64,000 nucleotides of DNA, from the NCBI GenBank assembly GCA_013265495.1, contig MU058781.1, positions 9,095,009 to 9,159,008 on the forward strand, read 5' to 3'. Position numbers and translations under genes: made by a program. Each line of letters begins with the position of its first letter. The stretch's first letter is position 1. Under the pieces are notes generated by a model, which had not been told where the DNA came from, made no database searches, and saw only the letters and a list, made by a program, of their open reading frames with translations. The stretch is from Vicugna vicugna. Taxonomy: Eukaryota. Positions 1 through 12,699 of this stretch are shown here, piece after piece.

Positions 1-1165
1 AAAAGGCTTAGTCATTTTGTGTTTGCTGTTTACTGAACTCCAAACGGTATGTATGGTTTGCATTAGCAAGACTTTTGCAAATTGTGTGGAAGGGATTTAA
101 AACAGTTCTCTGGCTTCTATGAAAAATGAACCCCCAGTTCCTGGCTCCTCAGAGTTCCTTGTGGGAGTCCGGGTATAAAATGATCTTTTACATGCCTGGT
201 TGGAACTGTGAATCGAGCAACATCTGCATGGTTTTTTTTTTAAAATAGAATTTTGCATGTAGAACTGAAATTTTCTTTTCCAGCCTTTATTTTTAGTGCA
301 AAGTAGATTAATTCATCATATATACACACTAGTACTCAGAGAAGAATTGTCAATAGATTGAAAGTACGTATTTGAGGAGATCCTGTAGTGATTGCTGTGG
401 GACTATTTTGGAGTCAGGGTTTTCCACTTGCCTTCCAAACATTGTTTGGCGTGAAAGGAAAATTCTCAGTAGCCGAGGTGACAGGCATGCGTTGCCAAGA
501 CAGCTTTTTCCTACACGTGGGACCCTCTGATATGACTTCACGCTCTCAGGAAATGTCCCGACCTCTCCAGATAGTTTATTGATAATATTACCCCTTGAAA
601 AAGCCTCTTAAATTACATTTACAGATACATTCTACACTAGAGCACCTTTGGGAGAAGTAACACATTTCCAAAGGCACAAATGTCCTGGACCTGATGGTTA
701 GTCTAACAGGTGGATGCAGAAGAGAGGAGGAGCTGGAGCTTTCCTTCTGTCCTTAAAACAGAAGGAAAGAGCTGATTGAAAGGATTTTTGTAGCGAGACA
801 GACAATACGATTTGAAAACCATGAACTACTTAGCTGTCAGACTCAATCTTTAGAAGCCCAAAGCCAGAAAGGTTGCAGAGCCTAATGGAGGTGAACTTCT
901 CCTGCTTTTCAGTTTTACTGAGGGCAAGCCCTGCAGATGGACCAGGAACAGGACACTTTCCTGTTATCCCTGGTGAAAAGGCAGAATGACAGAGGAGCAG
1001 ACTGGACCCGGAGTGTGGTTTCTCTGGACATCAGGTGAACTCTGGGTTAGAGAGGATAACTCTTCTTTCTCCTAACAAATTCCCATGCATATCCAGACCT
1101 AATGAACAGGACTCCCCATCTTGGCCACGTGGCTCCAATTGGGAAGAATAGGCATTACAGTCTTA

Positions 1166-1494
1166 GAGAAGTGAGCTTATTTACAAAACAAAGACCGACT
1201 CACAGATGTAGAAAACAAACTTACTGTTACTAGAGGGGAAACGAGGTGGGGAGGGATAAATCGGAGTTTGGGATTTATGGATGCTAACTACTATATTCAT
1301 AAAATAGATAAACAGCAAGAGCCAACTGTATAGCACAGGGAACTATATTCAATACCTTGTAATGGCTTATAATGAAAAAGAATATGAAAAGGAATATGTG
1401 TATATATGTATGTATAAATGAATCACTATGCTCTACACTAGAAATTCACACAACATTGTAAATGGCTATACTTCAATAAAAAACAAATTAAAAA
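1166..1494 (+). mobile_element. 5'-truncated L1 3' end (Laurasiatherian type) with TSD
   Basis: L1 3'UTR motifs (tatagcacagggaactatattcaata; gaatcactatgc...ctatacttcaataaaaaa). Degenerate 16-bp TSD aggcattacagtctta (1150-1165) / aggaattacagcctta (1495-1510). Confidence 0.88.
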
Positions 1495-2734
1495 AGGAAT
1501 TACAGCCTTAAGTATTTGCTCACTTTCTAACAGTTTGTAAGGAAGTACTATTTCTTTAAGAGGGTATAAGTGAGAGGGGGAGAAAATCTCAGCTTCTTTA
1601 AAAGGAAATGAGGATGGTTGTTAAAAGTAATAGTTTAGAAGTAGATTCTCAACTTCTTTGTAATGCAGGAGAAAAGATTCTGGGTCATGACATTCTCCAG
1701 TTTAAAACATACTCTTTAACTCTCTTCTGTCAACAAAGGTGGTTTTTACCTATATGAGAATTCTTTTAAAAGCTCTTCCCATGAAATGCGAACATGCACG
1801 CGTGCACATTTCCACTTTAATTGTAACTTTCAGGAGACTCTAACATTTTCATATGAAAAGCCACAACCTATAGAAAAAATTCAGTTTGCCTTCTAGAGCA
1901 TCCAGTTTGGCCCCAATATACTTCTCCATTAAGTGATTATTTTTGAGACAAGATTGTGCCTGGAGAGTATGCTGAGATCTAAGCCAAAGAGATACGTAAT
2001 AGTCTGTAGATGCTGTGTAAGGAGATCATGAGGCAGTATGCAAGCACTGAAGTGGGCATTACATTTTGTAACCTAACTAAATAGTTTTGTATCTCCTATT
2101 GGTTTGTCCTAGAGGGGAATATAATTTAGTCTTTTGGGGTTTCAGTTTCCTCATCTGCCTAACTAAGGGTGGCTGAGCGATCTCTCTCCTTTCTCATTCC
2201 TCTGAGTTTCTAGAAGTTATAATGCCAGGTTATCACCACCTCATGTGGGGCCAGTCCCACTGCCAGGAATCATTCATCAGGCTATGATGTGAGGGCCTCA
2301 TAGAGGATCCAAGCCAGAGAACACAGGACCCTAACTGCCTTGTAGGGAGGCAAGTCCAGGATGTATCTGAGTACAGATCAGCTTCTGCCTCCAGTCAGTT
2401 TCTGCCTCCAGTTCTCCTCTTTTCTGGTGGCGCTTTCTCTGATTTCTTTGAGTCTTTGGCCTCAGAGTACCCACTGATTTATTGCTGGGTGGACCCAGTG
2501 TCTGTGGACTCCCTGCTGCATTCAATTCCTCTGAGAAGTGGATTTCCTGCCTCTGACTCACTTATCTACCTGGCCCTTCTGGTCATCATAGCCACTCTGT
2601 TCAGAGATGTCTTGCCTGCCTGACTCAGCTTGTCCTGCTCCGCTTAGCAGCTGGCTCCTGTGCGGGCTGTGATCCATCTCAGTGTGACACCGCAGTATGG
2701 CCTGAGGACAGCCATCCCTTCTTAAGGGCGCCTC

Positions 2735-3095
2735 TTTCTTAGTCCGCTTGGGCTGCCATAACAAAATACGATAAACTAGGTAAACAGCAGGTTTACCTAG
2801 TTCTGGAGGTTCTGGAGGCTGAGAGTCTGAGAGCAGAGTGCCAGCTTGGTTGGGTTCTGGTGAGAGCTCTCCTCCTGGCTTGCAGCTGGCCACCTCCTCA
2901 CTGTGTGCTCACATGGTGGAGAGACGGGGGCTCTGTTCTCATCCTCTTCTTATAAGTACGCTATGTGGGGCCCCATACTCATGACCTCCTCTAAACCTAA
3001 TTACTTCCCAAAGGCTCCGTTGCCAAATACCATCACGCTGAGGGTTGGGGCTTCAACATAGTTATTAGGGGAGGGACATAACATTCTCTTTTCTG
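2735..3095 (-). mobile_element. MLT1 (MaLR) solo LTR, MLT1A-like
   Basis: gggctgccataacaaaatac...ttctggaggctg...ctaattacttcccaaagg...gcttcaacata matches the reverse of the MLT1 consensus. Confidence 0.85.
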
Positions 3096-4071
3096 ACCAC
3101 AGATTAAAAGGGATAAGAGGTGACTTGCAAAGAAAAAGAGAATTTGGGGCAGAGGTAGAAGAGGATCAGAAGTAAGGAGCCTGAGGGTCTTTGAATTTAC
3201 ATTTCACCACTGCTTCCAGCGTTTCTAATTGTAGCTTTAGAGATGCTTTCACGGCCCTCTTCCAAGCACCCTGATGAACACATAACTTTCATACTGAAAC
3301 ATCTTCTAAATTGAGAGGGGAGGTTTTCTGGGGAAATGTTGGGCTTCATTTTGAAACAAATGAAGTGGAGATGGTGGCAGTAATTGAAATAGAAATTAAA
3401 TTATCCTCCTCCGGATTCTGTAGACCTCCTTTTCCTCAAAGAATCACTTAAAACTTCATGCATCCCTGGCAATATTATGGCTGGAGACAAGAGTCTGTCG
3501 TAGATGACAAACATGTAATCTCTATATAATTCCGTCCTTAGGCTCAGCAGAAGCAGAGTGTTCCATGTGGTCGCCTTTCGGACGAAGGTCAAGATGAGCG
3601 GAGACCACCAAGCACTTTTCCAGAAGGATATTAGATTTCACTGGAGCCAGAAGCTCAGAAGTGAGTTATTAGAGTTTTGTTTACTATACCCTCTGGCTAT
3701 AGCCTTAATTAGGTGGAACTGATAAGCTTGATAAATTTTGAACTATTGCTTTCTGTTTGCCAGTAACAAAATATTACTGTGTAGGATGTTAGTTATTTTC
3801 CACATCAAATCCCTTCTATTTTCCTGAAGATGTCAGTTTCTGTTTCAATGGGTCTTTTGTTTAGAGGGAGGAGACTGTCCTTTTTACCTTTTTTAATTAA
3901 AGCACCTTAGTGACTATTACACAATTTCTTCAGACTTGACTCTCACCTCGACTCTTGACCTTCTTCTCTTCAGGGCTCCAAGGTTTTACTCTCTCAGGTA
4001 GTAATTAGATCAAGGAAGGGACGCAGACACAGGTTATTTCTTCCCAATTCTCACACATCTCTTAGTTTATA

Positions 4072-4203
4072 TTTTCTTTTTCTTTTTCTTTTTTCTTCTT
4101 CCCTCCTTTCCTTCCTTTCTTCCCTTCCCATCCTTCCTCTTTCTTTCTATCTTTCTTTCTTTCTTTCTTTTTCTTTGTCTTTTTCTTTTCTTCTTTCTTT
4201 TCT

Positions 4204-4264
<61 letters not shown>

Positions 4265-4283
4265 TTTCTTTTCTTTCTCTTTC
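4072..4283. repeat. Polypyrimidine (TTTC)n / CT-rich microsatellite
   Basis: About 210 nt almost entirely C/T, with a (tttc)n core around 4205-4260. Confidence 0.95.
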
Positions 4284-5986
4284 ATCTGTGAATTAAGCAG
4301 ATCCTACAGTCAGGAATCTCATACCTATAAACATTATATTCCTGTTATAAAATGTTAAGAAGATATATGGGCAGTATTTTAAGGAACCCCAAACCCTGGG
4401 AGTAATAGCAAGAACAACAAGAAAAGCATAGAAAGCAAATATGTGTTTGTTTACGAGTCAGTTGCATACGTAGGTTTATACATACAGTTAGACAGATATG
4501 ACATGTTGAAATATTTTTAGTGATGTCCTGAAACCATAATTATAATCTTAATGAAACATTTAGTCAAGTTTTAACGGGTCCAAGAATAATTGTTTTACTG
4601 TTCTGTTTGGAATGCAAACTTAGAAGTCTAAGAGTTCAGTTAATTATCCCACAGACGGAAGAGTTTGAAAGGAGAAGGATTTTTCTCCAGAGTGGTGTTT
4701 AACATAGACTTAAGTCTGGGCTCAGATTCTACAGGCCAGAAAGAGTCCTGCTAACCCCCTCATTCAAATACATCCAGGAAGAATAGCCCAAGTAATCACA
4801 CCTAGGAAATGAACCGGCTTACTGGGAGGTAAAGGGAAACACCTGGATTTTAGAATTGAGCAGCAGGCGCAGCAAGTGAGATTGCCAAGAATATCCATGG
4901 GCAGGAGTAAATCAGCAAGTGTTCAAGGATGAGGCTCGGAGTGGTCACAAGTGAACTTCTCAAAACTGAAGAATGTGAGACAACAGGCTGAAGTGCCCTT
5001 TAATTTTACACGGAAAGATTGCTTCCGCGAAGAGTCTATTTAGGAAGATGGCATTTGAATCACTTTTGAAAAAGTTTCTTCCTTTCTGATTTATATCAGA
5101 AATCTGACTTCTAGACAGCCTTTAGTTTCAGGATGTTTTCTCTGGTTACCAGCATACTTGCCTGTGGCTGGGCCACTTTGAGAGAAGTACGAGGGAAGGT
5201 TGAGGTGGAGAACATATGGTAAGAAAATAAAACTAAGGGCTAGAAATGACAAATATATGGGTAAACATAAAAGACTGATAAATGTATTTTTTTCTTTTCT
5301 TCCCTTATGTTCTTCAAAACACATTTTAAATGGTTTAAAGCAATAATTATAGCAGTGTGTTGTTGGGTTGATGACATACATACATGTGATTTATGTGGCA
5401 GTAGTAACGTAGGAAGGTGGAGGAAATGGCGCTAGACTGAAGTAAAATTCCTGTCTTTTAGCAGAATTCAGTCAGAATCAAACTGAAGTACATTGTTATA
5501 ATTTAACATGCATTTTGTAATCCCTAGAAGCAATCACTACAGAAATAACTTTTAAAAAAGAAGCTAAATAAAAAAAAGAATTAAAATGGCCCCCAGAACC
5601 CATCTATTTAATACAAAATAAAGTGGTAAAGGAGAAATAAAGGAACAAAAAAGACTTGAGATATGGAAAACAAATAACAAAATGACAAATGTAAATCTGA
5701 CCAAATCGATGATTACATTAAATTTGAGTGGACTAATCATTCTAATTAAAAGACAGAGATTTCTAGCAGCGATTAAAGAGCAGAATCTAACACTATGCTG
5801 TCTGTCACAAATACACTTCAGAATACAAGGCACAAATAGATTGAATGTAAAAAAGTAGAGAAAGGATATACTATGCAAGTAACAACCATAAGAGAACTTG
5901 AGTGGTTGTATTGCTATAAGACAAGATAGTCCTTAGTCAAAAATTGTTACTGGAGACAAAGAGGGACATTTTATAATGATAAAAGG

Positions 5987-6093
5987 GTGCTCGCTTTGGC
6001 AACACAGATACTAAAATTGGAACGATACAGAGATTATTAGCATGGCCCCTGCACAAGGATGACAGGCGAATTCCTGAAGCATGCTATGTTTTT
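5987..6093 (+). pseudogene. Full-length U6 snRNA retropseudogene (5' part of a U6-L1 chimera)
   Basis: gtgctcgctttggcaacacagatactaaaattggaacgatacagaga...agcatggcccctgcacaaggatgaca...gaagc...tttt. About 13 substitutions by eye against the recalled U6 sequence. Upstream is L1 ORF2, not a Pol III PSE/TATA promoter. Confidence 0.95.
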
Positions 6094-6345
6094 CCTTCAG
6101 CAAGTCGTGTTGGGAAACCTGGACAGCTGCATGTAAATCAATGAAGTTATAACACTCTCTCACATCATACACAAAAATAAGCTAAAAAATGGCTCAAAGA
6201 CTTAAATATAAGACATAACACCACAAAACTCCTAGAAGAGAACAGTCAAAACATTCTTGGACATAAATCTATGTATATCTGAATCACTTTGCTGTACACC
6301 ATAAACACATTATAAATCAACTATACTTCACTTGTAAAATATACA
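6094..6345 (+). mobile_element. L1 part of the U6 chimera: ~175-nt ORF2 fragment fused to ~60-nt L1 3' terminus
   Basis: cttcagcaagtcgtgttgggaaacctggacagctgcatgtaaa...aaaactcctagaagagaac is post-RT ORF2. It is followed by atgtatatctgaatcactttgctgtacacc...ctatacttca, which matches the L1 end at ~1410-1475. Confidence 0.88.
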
Positions 6346-7455
6346 TATAATGATAAAGGAACCAATACATGAAAAAGATATGCCAATTAAAAGTGTATAC
6401 ATATACAACAACAGTGCCCCAAGATACATGAATCAAAAACTGACAGAAGAAAATAAGAAACATCAAATTCAACAGAGAGATTTTAATACTCCTTTCAATA
6501 ATTAATACAATAACTAAACAGAGAAGTCAGCAAAGATATAGAAGACTTGAACACCACTATCAAACGTGACCTAAATGGCCTAATGACATTTGTAGAACAC
6601 TCCACCCAACAACAGTGTTGTATATGTTCTTTTCATGTACAAAAGGAATAGACCAGGACAGACCCTGTGGTATGTCATAATAATAAATCTGAAAGAATTG
6701 AAACCATTCAACCTTAACAGAATTAAAGTAGAAATCATTAACAGAAGGAAATGTAGGAATTCCGTAAATATGTGGGCGTTAACACAGTTATAAGTAACGC
6801 ATGGATCTAAGAAGACATCAAAAGGGACACTAGGAAATATTTTGAACTGAGTGAAAATTAAAACACAACATACCATAAGTTATAGATGCAGCTAGAGTAG
6901 TACTTACAGGGAAATGTATAGATTTAAATACCCATATTAGAAAAGAGGTTCTCAAATTAATCATCCGAGCTTCTACTCTAAACCAGCAAAAATAAGAGCA
7001 AATTAAACACAAAGCAAGCAAAAGGAAGGAAATAAAAAGAGTAGAAATCAGTGAAATAGAAAGCAAAACACAGTAAAGAAACCCAATGAAATCAAACCTG
7101 CTTCTTTGAAGAGATGAAGTAAATTGATAAACCTTTACCTACACTGACCAGGAATAAAAGAGGGGAGACACAAACCATTAAAACCGAGAGTGAAAGAAGG
7201 GACATCACTGACCCTACAGAAATGGAAAGAATTATAGGTGGAATATTATAGAACTATGTCAATAAATTAGACAACCTAGAAAAGTTTGAAAAACTCCCAG
7301 ATAGGCATTAATTACCAAAATTAACTCAAGAAAAAAAATAGAGAATTTGAATAGAAGTAAATAAATAAAAACAGTAACTAAAAATCTTCCCACAAAGAAA
7401 ATCCCCCCCCCCGTTCCAAATGGTGAATTCAACTATTTAAAGATGAAATGATAGC

Positions 7456-7873
7456 AAATGTCCATCAACTGGTGAATGATGGACAAACTGTGGTATATTC
7501 CTACAATGAAATCCCATTCAGCAATAAAGAATGAACTCTTGCTACACAGTACAACATGGACGGACTTTCAAAACATTATGCTAAGTGAGAAAAGCCAAGC
7601 AGGAAAGACTACATGGTTTAATTCTTATGAAGTATCCCCCCAAAAGGCAAATGTATGGAGACAGGAAGCAGATCAGTGGTTGCACGGGACTGGGACTGGG
7701 AACGAGGATTGCCAGCAGTCAGGCGCAAGAGAACTTTTTAGAGCTGTTCTAGGACTGGCTCACAGTGGTGGTGTGATAATTGCCCAATGACACAAATGTG
7801 CCAAAATTATCAAATTTTACATTTACAGTGAGTAGCTTTTGTAAATTGTAACTCAGTAGAGCTGTTAAATAAA
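7456..7873 (+). mobile_element. Old L1 ORF2 C-terminus plus 3'UTR (L1MD/ME-like)
   Basis: aaatgtccatcaac...KLWYIPTMKSHSAIK (compare KLWYIHTMEYYSAIK). 3'UTR ends in gctgttaaataaaa. Confidence 0.85.
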
Positions 7874-7934
7874 ACACCTGAAGATTAGATATTCATGGAA
7901 GAGGCTGCTTGATAGAACTATTGAGAAATTTTCT

Positions 7935-9057
7935 AGGCAACTACAGAATGGAAGAAAATATCTTCAAATCCCATATTTGATGAGGGCTTAATATCCAAAG
8001 TATATAAAGAACTCATGCAACTCAATAGCAAAACCCAAAAACCTAGCTCAAAACTGGGCAAAGAAACTGAACAGTTATTTTTCCAAAGAAGACATACAGA
8101 TAGTCAAGAGGTACATGAAAAAGTGCTGGACATCACTAATCGTCAGGGAAACACATATCAAAACCACAATGAGATATTACACCTCATACTTGTTAAAATG
8201 ACTGTTGTAGAAAAGCAACTCGTCCAAAAACAAAAACAAAAAACCAAGAGATAACAGATGCCGATGAGGATGTGGAAAAAAGGGAACCCTTGAGCACTGT
8301 TGGTGGAAATGCAAATTGGTGCATCCGCTATGAAAGCAGTATGGATGTTCTTCAGAAAATTAAAAGTAGAACTACCATATGATCCTGCAAACCCACTTCT
8401 GGGTATACATCCAAGAAAAAGGAAAACAGTCTCGAATAGGTAACTACACTCAGGTGTTGACTGCAGCATTATTCACAATAGCCAGGATATGGAAATAATC
8501 TTAGCATTTGTCAACAGATAAATGGATAAAGAACACGTGGTGTATACATACAATGGAATATTATACAGCCATGAGAAAGAAGGAAATCCTGCTGTTTGCA
8601 AAAACATGGATAAACCTTGAGAGCATTGTATCAATTGAAATAAGTCAGATGGAGAAAGACAAATACTCATATGTGGAATTTAAAATAGCTGAGCTCACAG
8701 AAACAGAAAGTGGAACAATGGTTACCAGGAGCAGGGGGATGGGGAAATGGGGAGATGTTGGTCTAAGGGTAAGAAACTCCCATTGTAAGGTGAATAAGTT
8801 CTGAGGATCTAATGTACATCATGATGGTTATAGTTAATAATACTGTACTGTGTACTTGAAAGTTGATACGAGAGTAAATCTTAAATGTCACCACAAAAAA
8901 GCAATTGTAATTACATGTATGGGACTTGATGGAGGTGTCAGCTAATGCTATAGTGATAATCATTTTACGATGTAAAGTATATCAAATCAACACATTATAA
9001 ACCTTAAACTTACATAGTGTTATATGTCAGTTATATCTCAATAGAGGTGGGAAAAAA
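7935..9057 (+). mobile_element. L1 ORF2 3' region plus 3'UTR (L1MA9-like)
   Basis: gaatggaagaaaatat...aatatccaaagtatataaagaactc; gaactaccatatgatcctgca; WIKNTWCIHTMEYYTAM. Ends in tatgtcagttatatctcaatag. Confidence 0.9.
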
Positions 9058-10734
9058 TTTCAAGTCTCCTTTATCTCTTAGTTGGTTTTTAAAACGCTTG
9101 AGATATCTGAAGTTCTTTTCAGCCCTTACCCTGCAGTGAGTGGTATAGTTGGCCAACTATGTTTCAAAATGTAGTGTGTGTAATTGGGTAATTGGTACTG
9201 AGGCTGATGAAATACAGTTAATTCCCAGAGTAAATTTTTGTAGAGTATTCATCACCTACCTCCAATATTTTATGAATTTCACTGTGGTTTTTAGCAATGA
9301 CCTTTGGCAATTTTGTAGGAGAATATATTTAGTGGCAGGAGAATTAGCTCTATAGACTAGAACTATTATCTTGTCCTCTGAATCAGTTGAAGCCATTGTG
9401 GGCTAGCCAGGAAAAGATGTGTTGTCAGAAACAAAAGCAATTGGCCTTTCTCTGTTACTGTTTAATGGGCTCTTACATTAATGAGTATTAATGTAGCCAA
9501 ATTAGTGTCATTTTTTTTAAGCAGTGCAAGTATAAAAACGGAAGCAAGGGGATGCTATCACTTCCTTTGTTTCATAAAGAAGAAACTGAACAGACGGTTG
9601 ATTATAATGTGGCTAGTTTGCATGTATTGTACTTACATTCTGTGTGGCCCATAACCTCAAGAGTAATGAGATTCTAGGAGTATTCTGTTAGAATCTTGAA
9701 GATGCTTCTAATGCATGAAATAGATACATACATCTTCTGCCTTGCCTCTCCATCACTCCAATGCACACAAATGTCATTTAATGTAAAGTCATTTCTGATT
9801 TCTAAAAAATACACAAGCTAGAAATTCTATCCCAGTGGCTCTACCGTCTAATCACTCTGAGACTATAAGCTTATTAAAACAGTTGCTCACATGTTTCTGT
9901 TGCTCAAACCAGTTTTGAATTTTTAAAATAAATAGTCAGAATTCGTCTTAGATTATTTGAAATAGTAATTGACAGACCTTTGCCCTAGGAGGGTGCCTTT
10001 TTTTGGTTTGAAAACAACTGGGGTTCTTTTAGGGCCAAATTTGATGATTACGATGGTTTATCAGGCTGAAGAATATAATTTTTAATTGAAAACAGTAATT
10101 CCAGATTAAGTATGGAGATATTTACTTAATGTGATTTACAAACTTTTAAGGAATGGCAGTATCTGCAGATATCAGAGCATTGCTTTCTTTCATGAAGATG
10201 AGTTTTCTAGTTGTGGGATGGAGGAAACCTTTCAGTCTAGCAGTTACCACATACCTCCTGGGAATCATAAAAATCATGTCGTCAAACTGAGTTGAAAGTT
10301 AGAGCCTGTGATGATATTTTCAGAATTCTTGGAGAGCTGGGAGACAGCCACAGCTCCCCACCTGCATGAGAGTGAATCCCCTGCTTCTCCCCCTGGCCCC
10401 CCGAGTCCATCTTCTATTTGGTATCAAGAGTAATCTTTTTAAATGATAGATTAGTGTCTTCTCACTGAAATTTTCATTGGCTCTCCCAAATCTAAAGGTT
10501 ATAACTGTTGGCCTTTTTAACTTGTGTCTTAAGTAGGGTTGTTTTTCACAAGACTGGGAACCTTCTGTTTTCAAGTCTCTACAAATCCCTATTACGGGGT
10601 TGAGGGGATGGCCTGGATGGCTTCACATGGACTCAGCCCAGCTCCTCTGCCGTCCTCCCTTCCGGCTCTCTTGCGATGTGATTTAGCTGCTGGACAGCGG
10701 ATTTGAGGGGCATGAGTAGAAACAGAAAGGCAAG

Positions 10735-11144
10735 TCTGTTGGTTTGCTGAGGCTGCCATGACCCAGCTCCACAGCCTGGGTGGCTTAAAGGACAGAAATT
10801 TGTTTCTGATAGTTCTGGAGGCTAAGACCCCAAGATCAAGGTGTGGGCAGGGTTGGTTTCTCTGGAGACCTCTCTCCTTGGCTTGCAGACGGCTGTCCAC
10901 CAGCCGTGTCTTCACCTGGTCTCTCCTCTGGGCGTGCATCCCTGCTGCCTTTGTGTGTCCCGATTGCCTTTTCCAAGGACACCAGCCAGTTTGGATCAGG
11001 CCTCATTTTAACTTAATCACCTGTTTAAAGGCCCTATCTTCAAATACAGTCACCTTTTGATGTACCTTAGTGGTTGAGGTTAGGGTTTCAGCATAGGAAT
11101 TGGGTGGAGGTAGGGGCAGAGGGCACATCTCAGCCCATAATAAC
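10735..11144 (-). mobile_element. MLT1 solo LTR (MLT1B-like)
   Basis: ggctgccatgac...ctgggtggcttaaa...ttctggaggct...caaatacagtcacc...cagcccataataaca. Confidence 0.88.
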
Positions 11145-11189
11145 AAGTTAGGAGTTGACTGCAGAGTCTAGAGGAGAGAGGACAGGGCT

Positions 11190-11740
11190 TCTACCAGGAG
11201 GTGGGGTGAAGTTAGAACTAGACAGATTTGGGATATATTTGGGGGGGTAAAGTCAACAGGAATTAATGATTAGGTGTGAGCAGTGAGGGAAAGAAGGGGT
11301 CAAGGGTGACTCCTAAGTTCTAGCTTGAGCCACTTGGCTCAGTGGACAGTGGTGGTGTCGGCAAGTGTGTTGCTCTCCTTTCCTGTCTGTGTGCACACAC
11401 AGGCCACCCGCCCACCCTGCTGTTCCTTCTTCTTCTGGCTAACTCCTGCCTTTTCCTTAGAACTTCAATTCAAGAGTTGCCTCCCCAGAGAAGTCTTACC
11501 CCCTCCTTCTCCCACCCAGAGATATACGAGGTGGATGCCTCTCCCCTGCACTTGCTCAGCCCTCAGGATTTACACCTGCGCACTCACACCAGTGTGTTTT
11601 CATGGCCGCTTTGCTTGTCTGTCTCCTCCGTTAGACCGGGAGGACCGTGGACCCTGTGTTTGATTCATTGCTGTCATTCAGGGACTAGAACAGTGTCTGC
11701 ACACATGGTCCGCAAAGAATGTTGAAATGAAATGAAGCTA
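11190..11740. mobile_element. L2 fragments (both orientations)
   Basis: ggatatatttggg...aagtcaacagga...gtcaagggtgactcctaagtt (11190-11345). L2 3'-end-like ctagaacagtgtctgcacacat...tgttgaaatgaaatgaa (11620-11740). Confidence 0.6.
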
Positions 11741-12689
11741 CTTGTGAGGTTTTAGTGGTCACCATGACGCCTCCCAGCTGCCACTTGGCAGTGGGAAGTT
11801 TTGACATTTAGAAACTTTTTCCATTTATATCTTGTCAACGTTGACTGTGGCTCTGCCTTTTAAGGTGCTGATGACGGCAATTTAAATGCGTATTTGTTTA
11901 AGATGGTCACATCTGGGGTGGGGGAGGGGAGGCTTGGAATGAGTAGAACAAACTGTGACGGTTGCTACATCTCCGATCCAGATGCTGGAAAGTCTTCTCA
12001 AGTCCTTCGTTGGCTGAATTGATTTAGAGAGATTTTCGAACAGTTTCCTCAACCTTATTGAGTTGTTGCCAAGTACTTTACTTTCATTTGTTTTCACAGG
12101 TACCTTCAGGGCAACATAAGATTCCTTTCCGAATAGTGCCTCACTTAACTTCCCCTGAATTACTATTTATTGCAAGGCTGAAAGCCTGCAGTGTAACGCA
12201 GGCAGGACAGACCCCTGGAAGAGCCAGCCCTTCTCTTGGTCTGCACGGATTTTGTGCATGGAATAGATTGATATGGGCACCAACAGCTCTCGGGGCCAAA
12301 CTGGCAGGATGATGAGAATGAGACTTTAAACCAGAGAGTCTGCTCTCAGCTACCAGCGAGTGATCAAGAAGTACCGAGAAGCCCTCTGACGCACCCTAGG
12401 CTACAGGGAAAGCCCCTCCAAGTGGGTCTCTGCTTTGCGCTGTCTCCTGCCTCCTGCTCCCCTCCACATTTTTCTCCCTCACATTCCATCCTCACCTTTT
12501 TTCACCTTTTCTCTGTTTGCTTGCTCTCTACCTCTCTGTCCCGACTGAGGGAAAAATTGAGGAAAGGTTACTATACATAAAATATATCACACATCCTGTA
12601 TGTATATGCTGTTTGCACATAAATCAGAATTATATATATTGCTTGATTGGGTGGTGTAAAGCTTCCTGCTTCCAGTTTTTCATTTTAAA

Positions 12690-12699
12690 ATGGGTAAGT
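12690..12699 (+). other. Candidate start codon directly followed by a splice donor (ATG G|GTAAGT), possible alternative first exon of an unidentified gene
   Basis: aaaATGG (A at -3, G at +4) followed by gtaagt in a repeat-poor block. No downstream coding exon recognised. Confidence 0.35.

Larger units (their letters stand above)
5200..7455 (+). mobile_element. Old L1 (L1M type): inter-ORF region plus degenerate 5' part of ORF2 (endonuclease), interrupted at 5987-6359
   Basis: ORF2 start-like atgacaaatgtaaat...attacattaaat...aattaaaagacagaga at ~5682 (ITLN..GL...IKRQR). Also DKEGHFIMIKG (gacaaagagggacattttataatgataaaagg) and gaagacttgaacaccactatc. Many stops and indels. Confidence 0.88.

Noticed and set aside
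1..52. Possible donor aacg|gtatgt at 47
   Set aside because: An isolated motif at the window edge with no way to support an exon.
4067..4285. K/E/R-rich 72-aa ORF
   Set aside because: It is a translation of the (GAAA)n microsatellite.
5987..6093. Functional U6 snRNA gene
   Set aside because: Diverged, lacks an upstream Pol III promoter, and is fused to L1 with a TSD.
7476..8804. ORFs with L1 ORF2 similarity as functional genes
   Set aside because: Short frameshifted remnants of truncated L1s, with no intact EN/RT frame.
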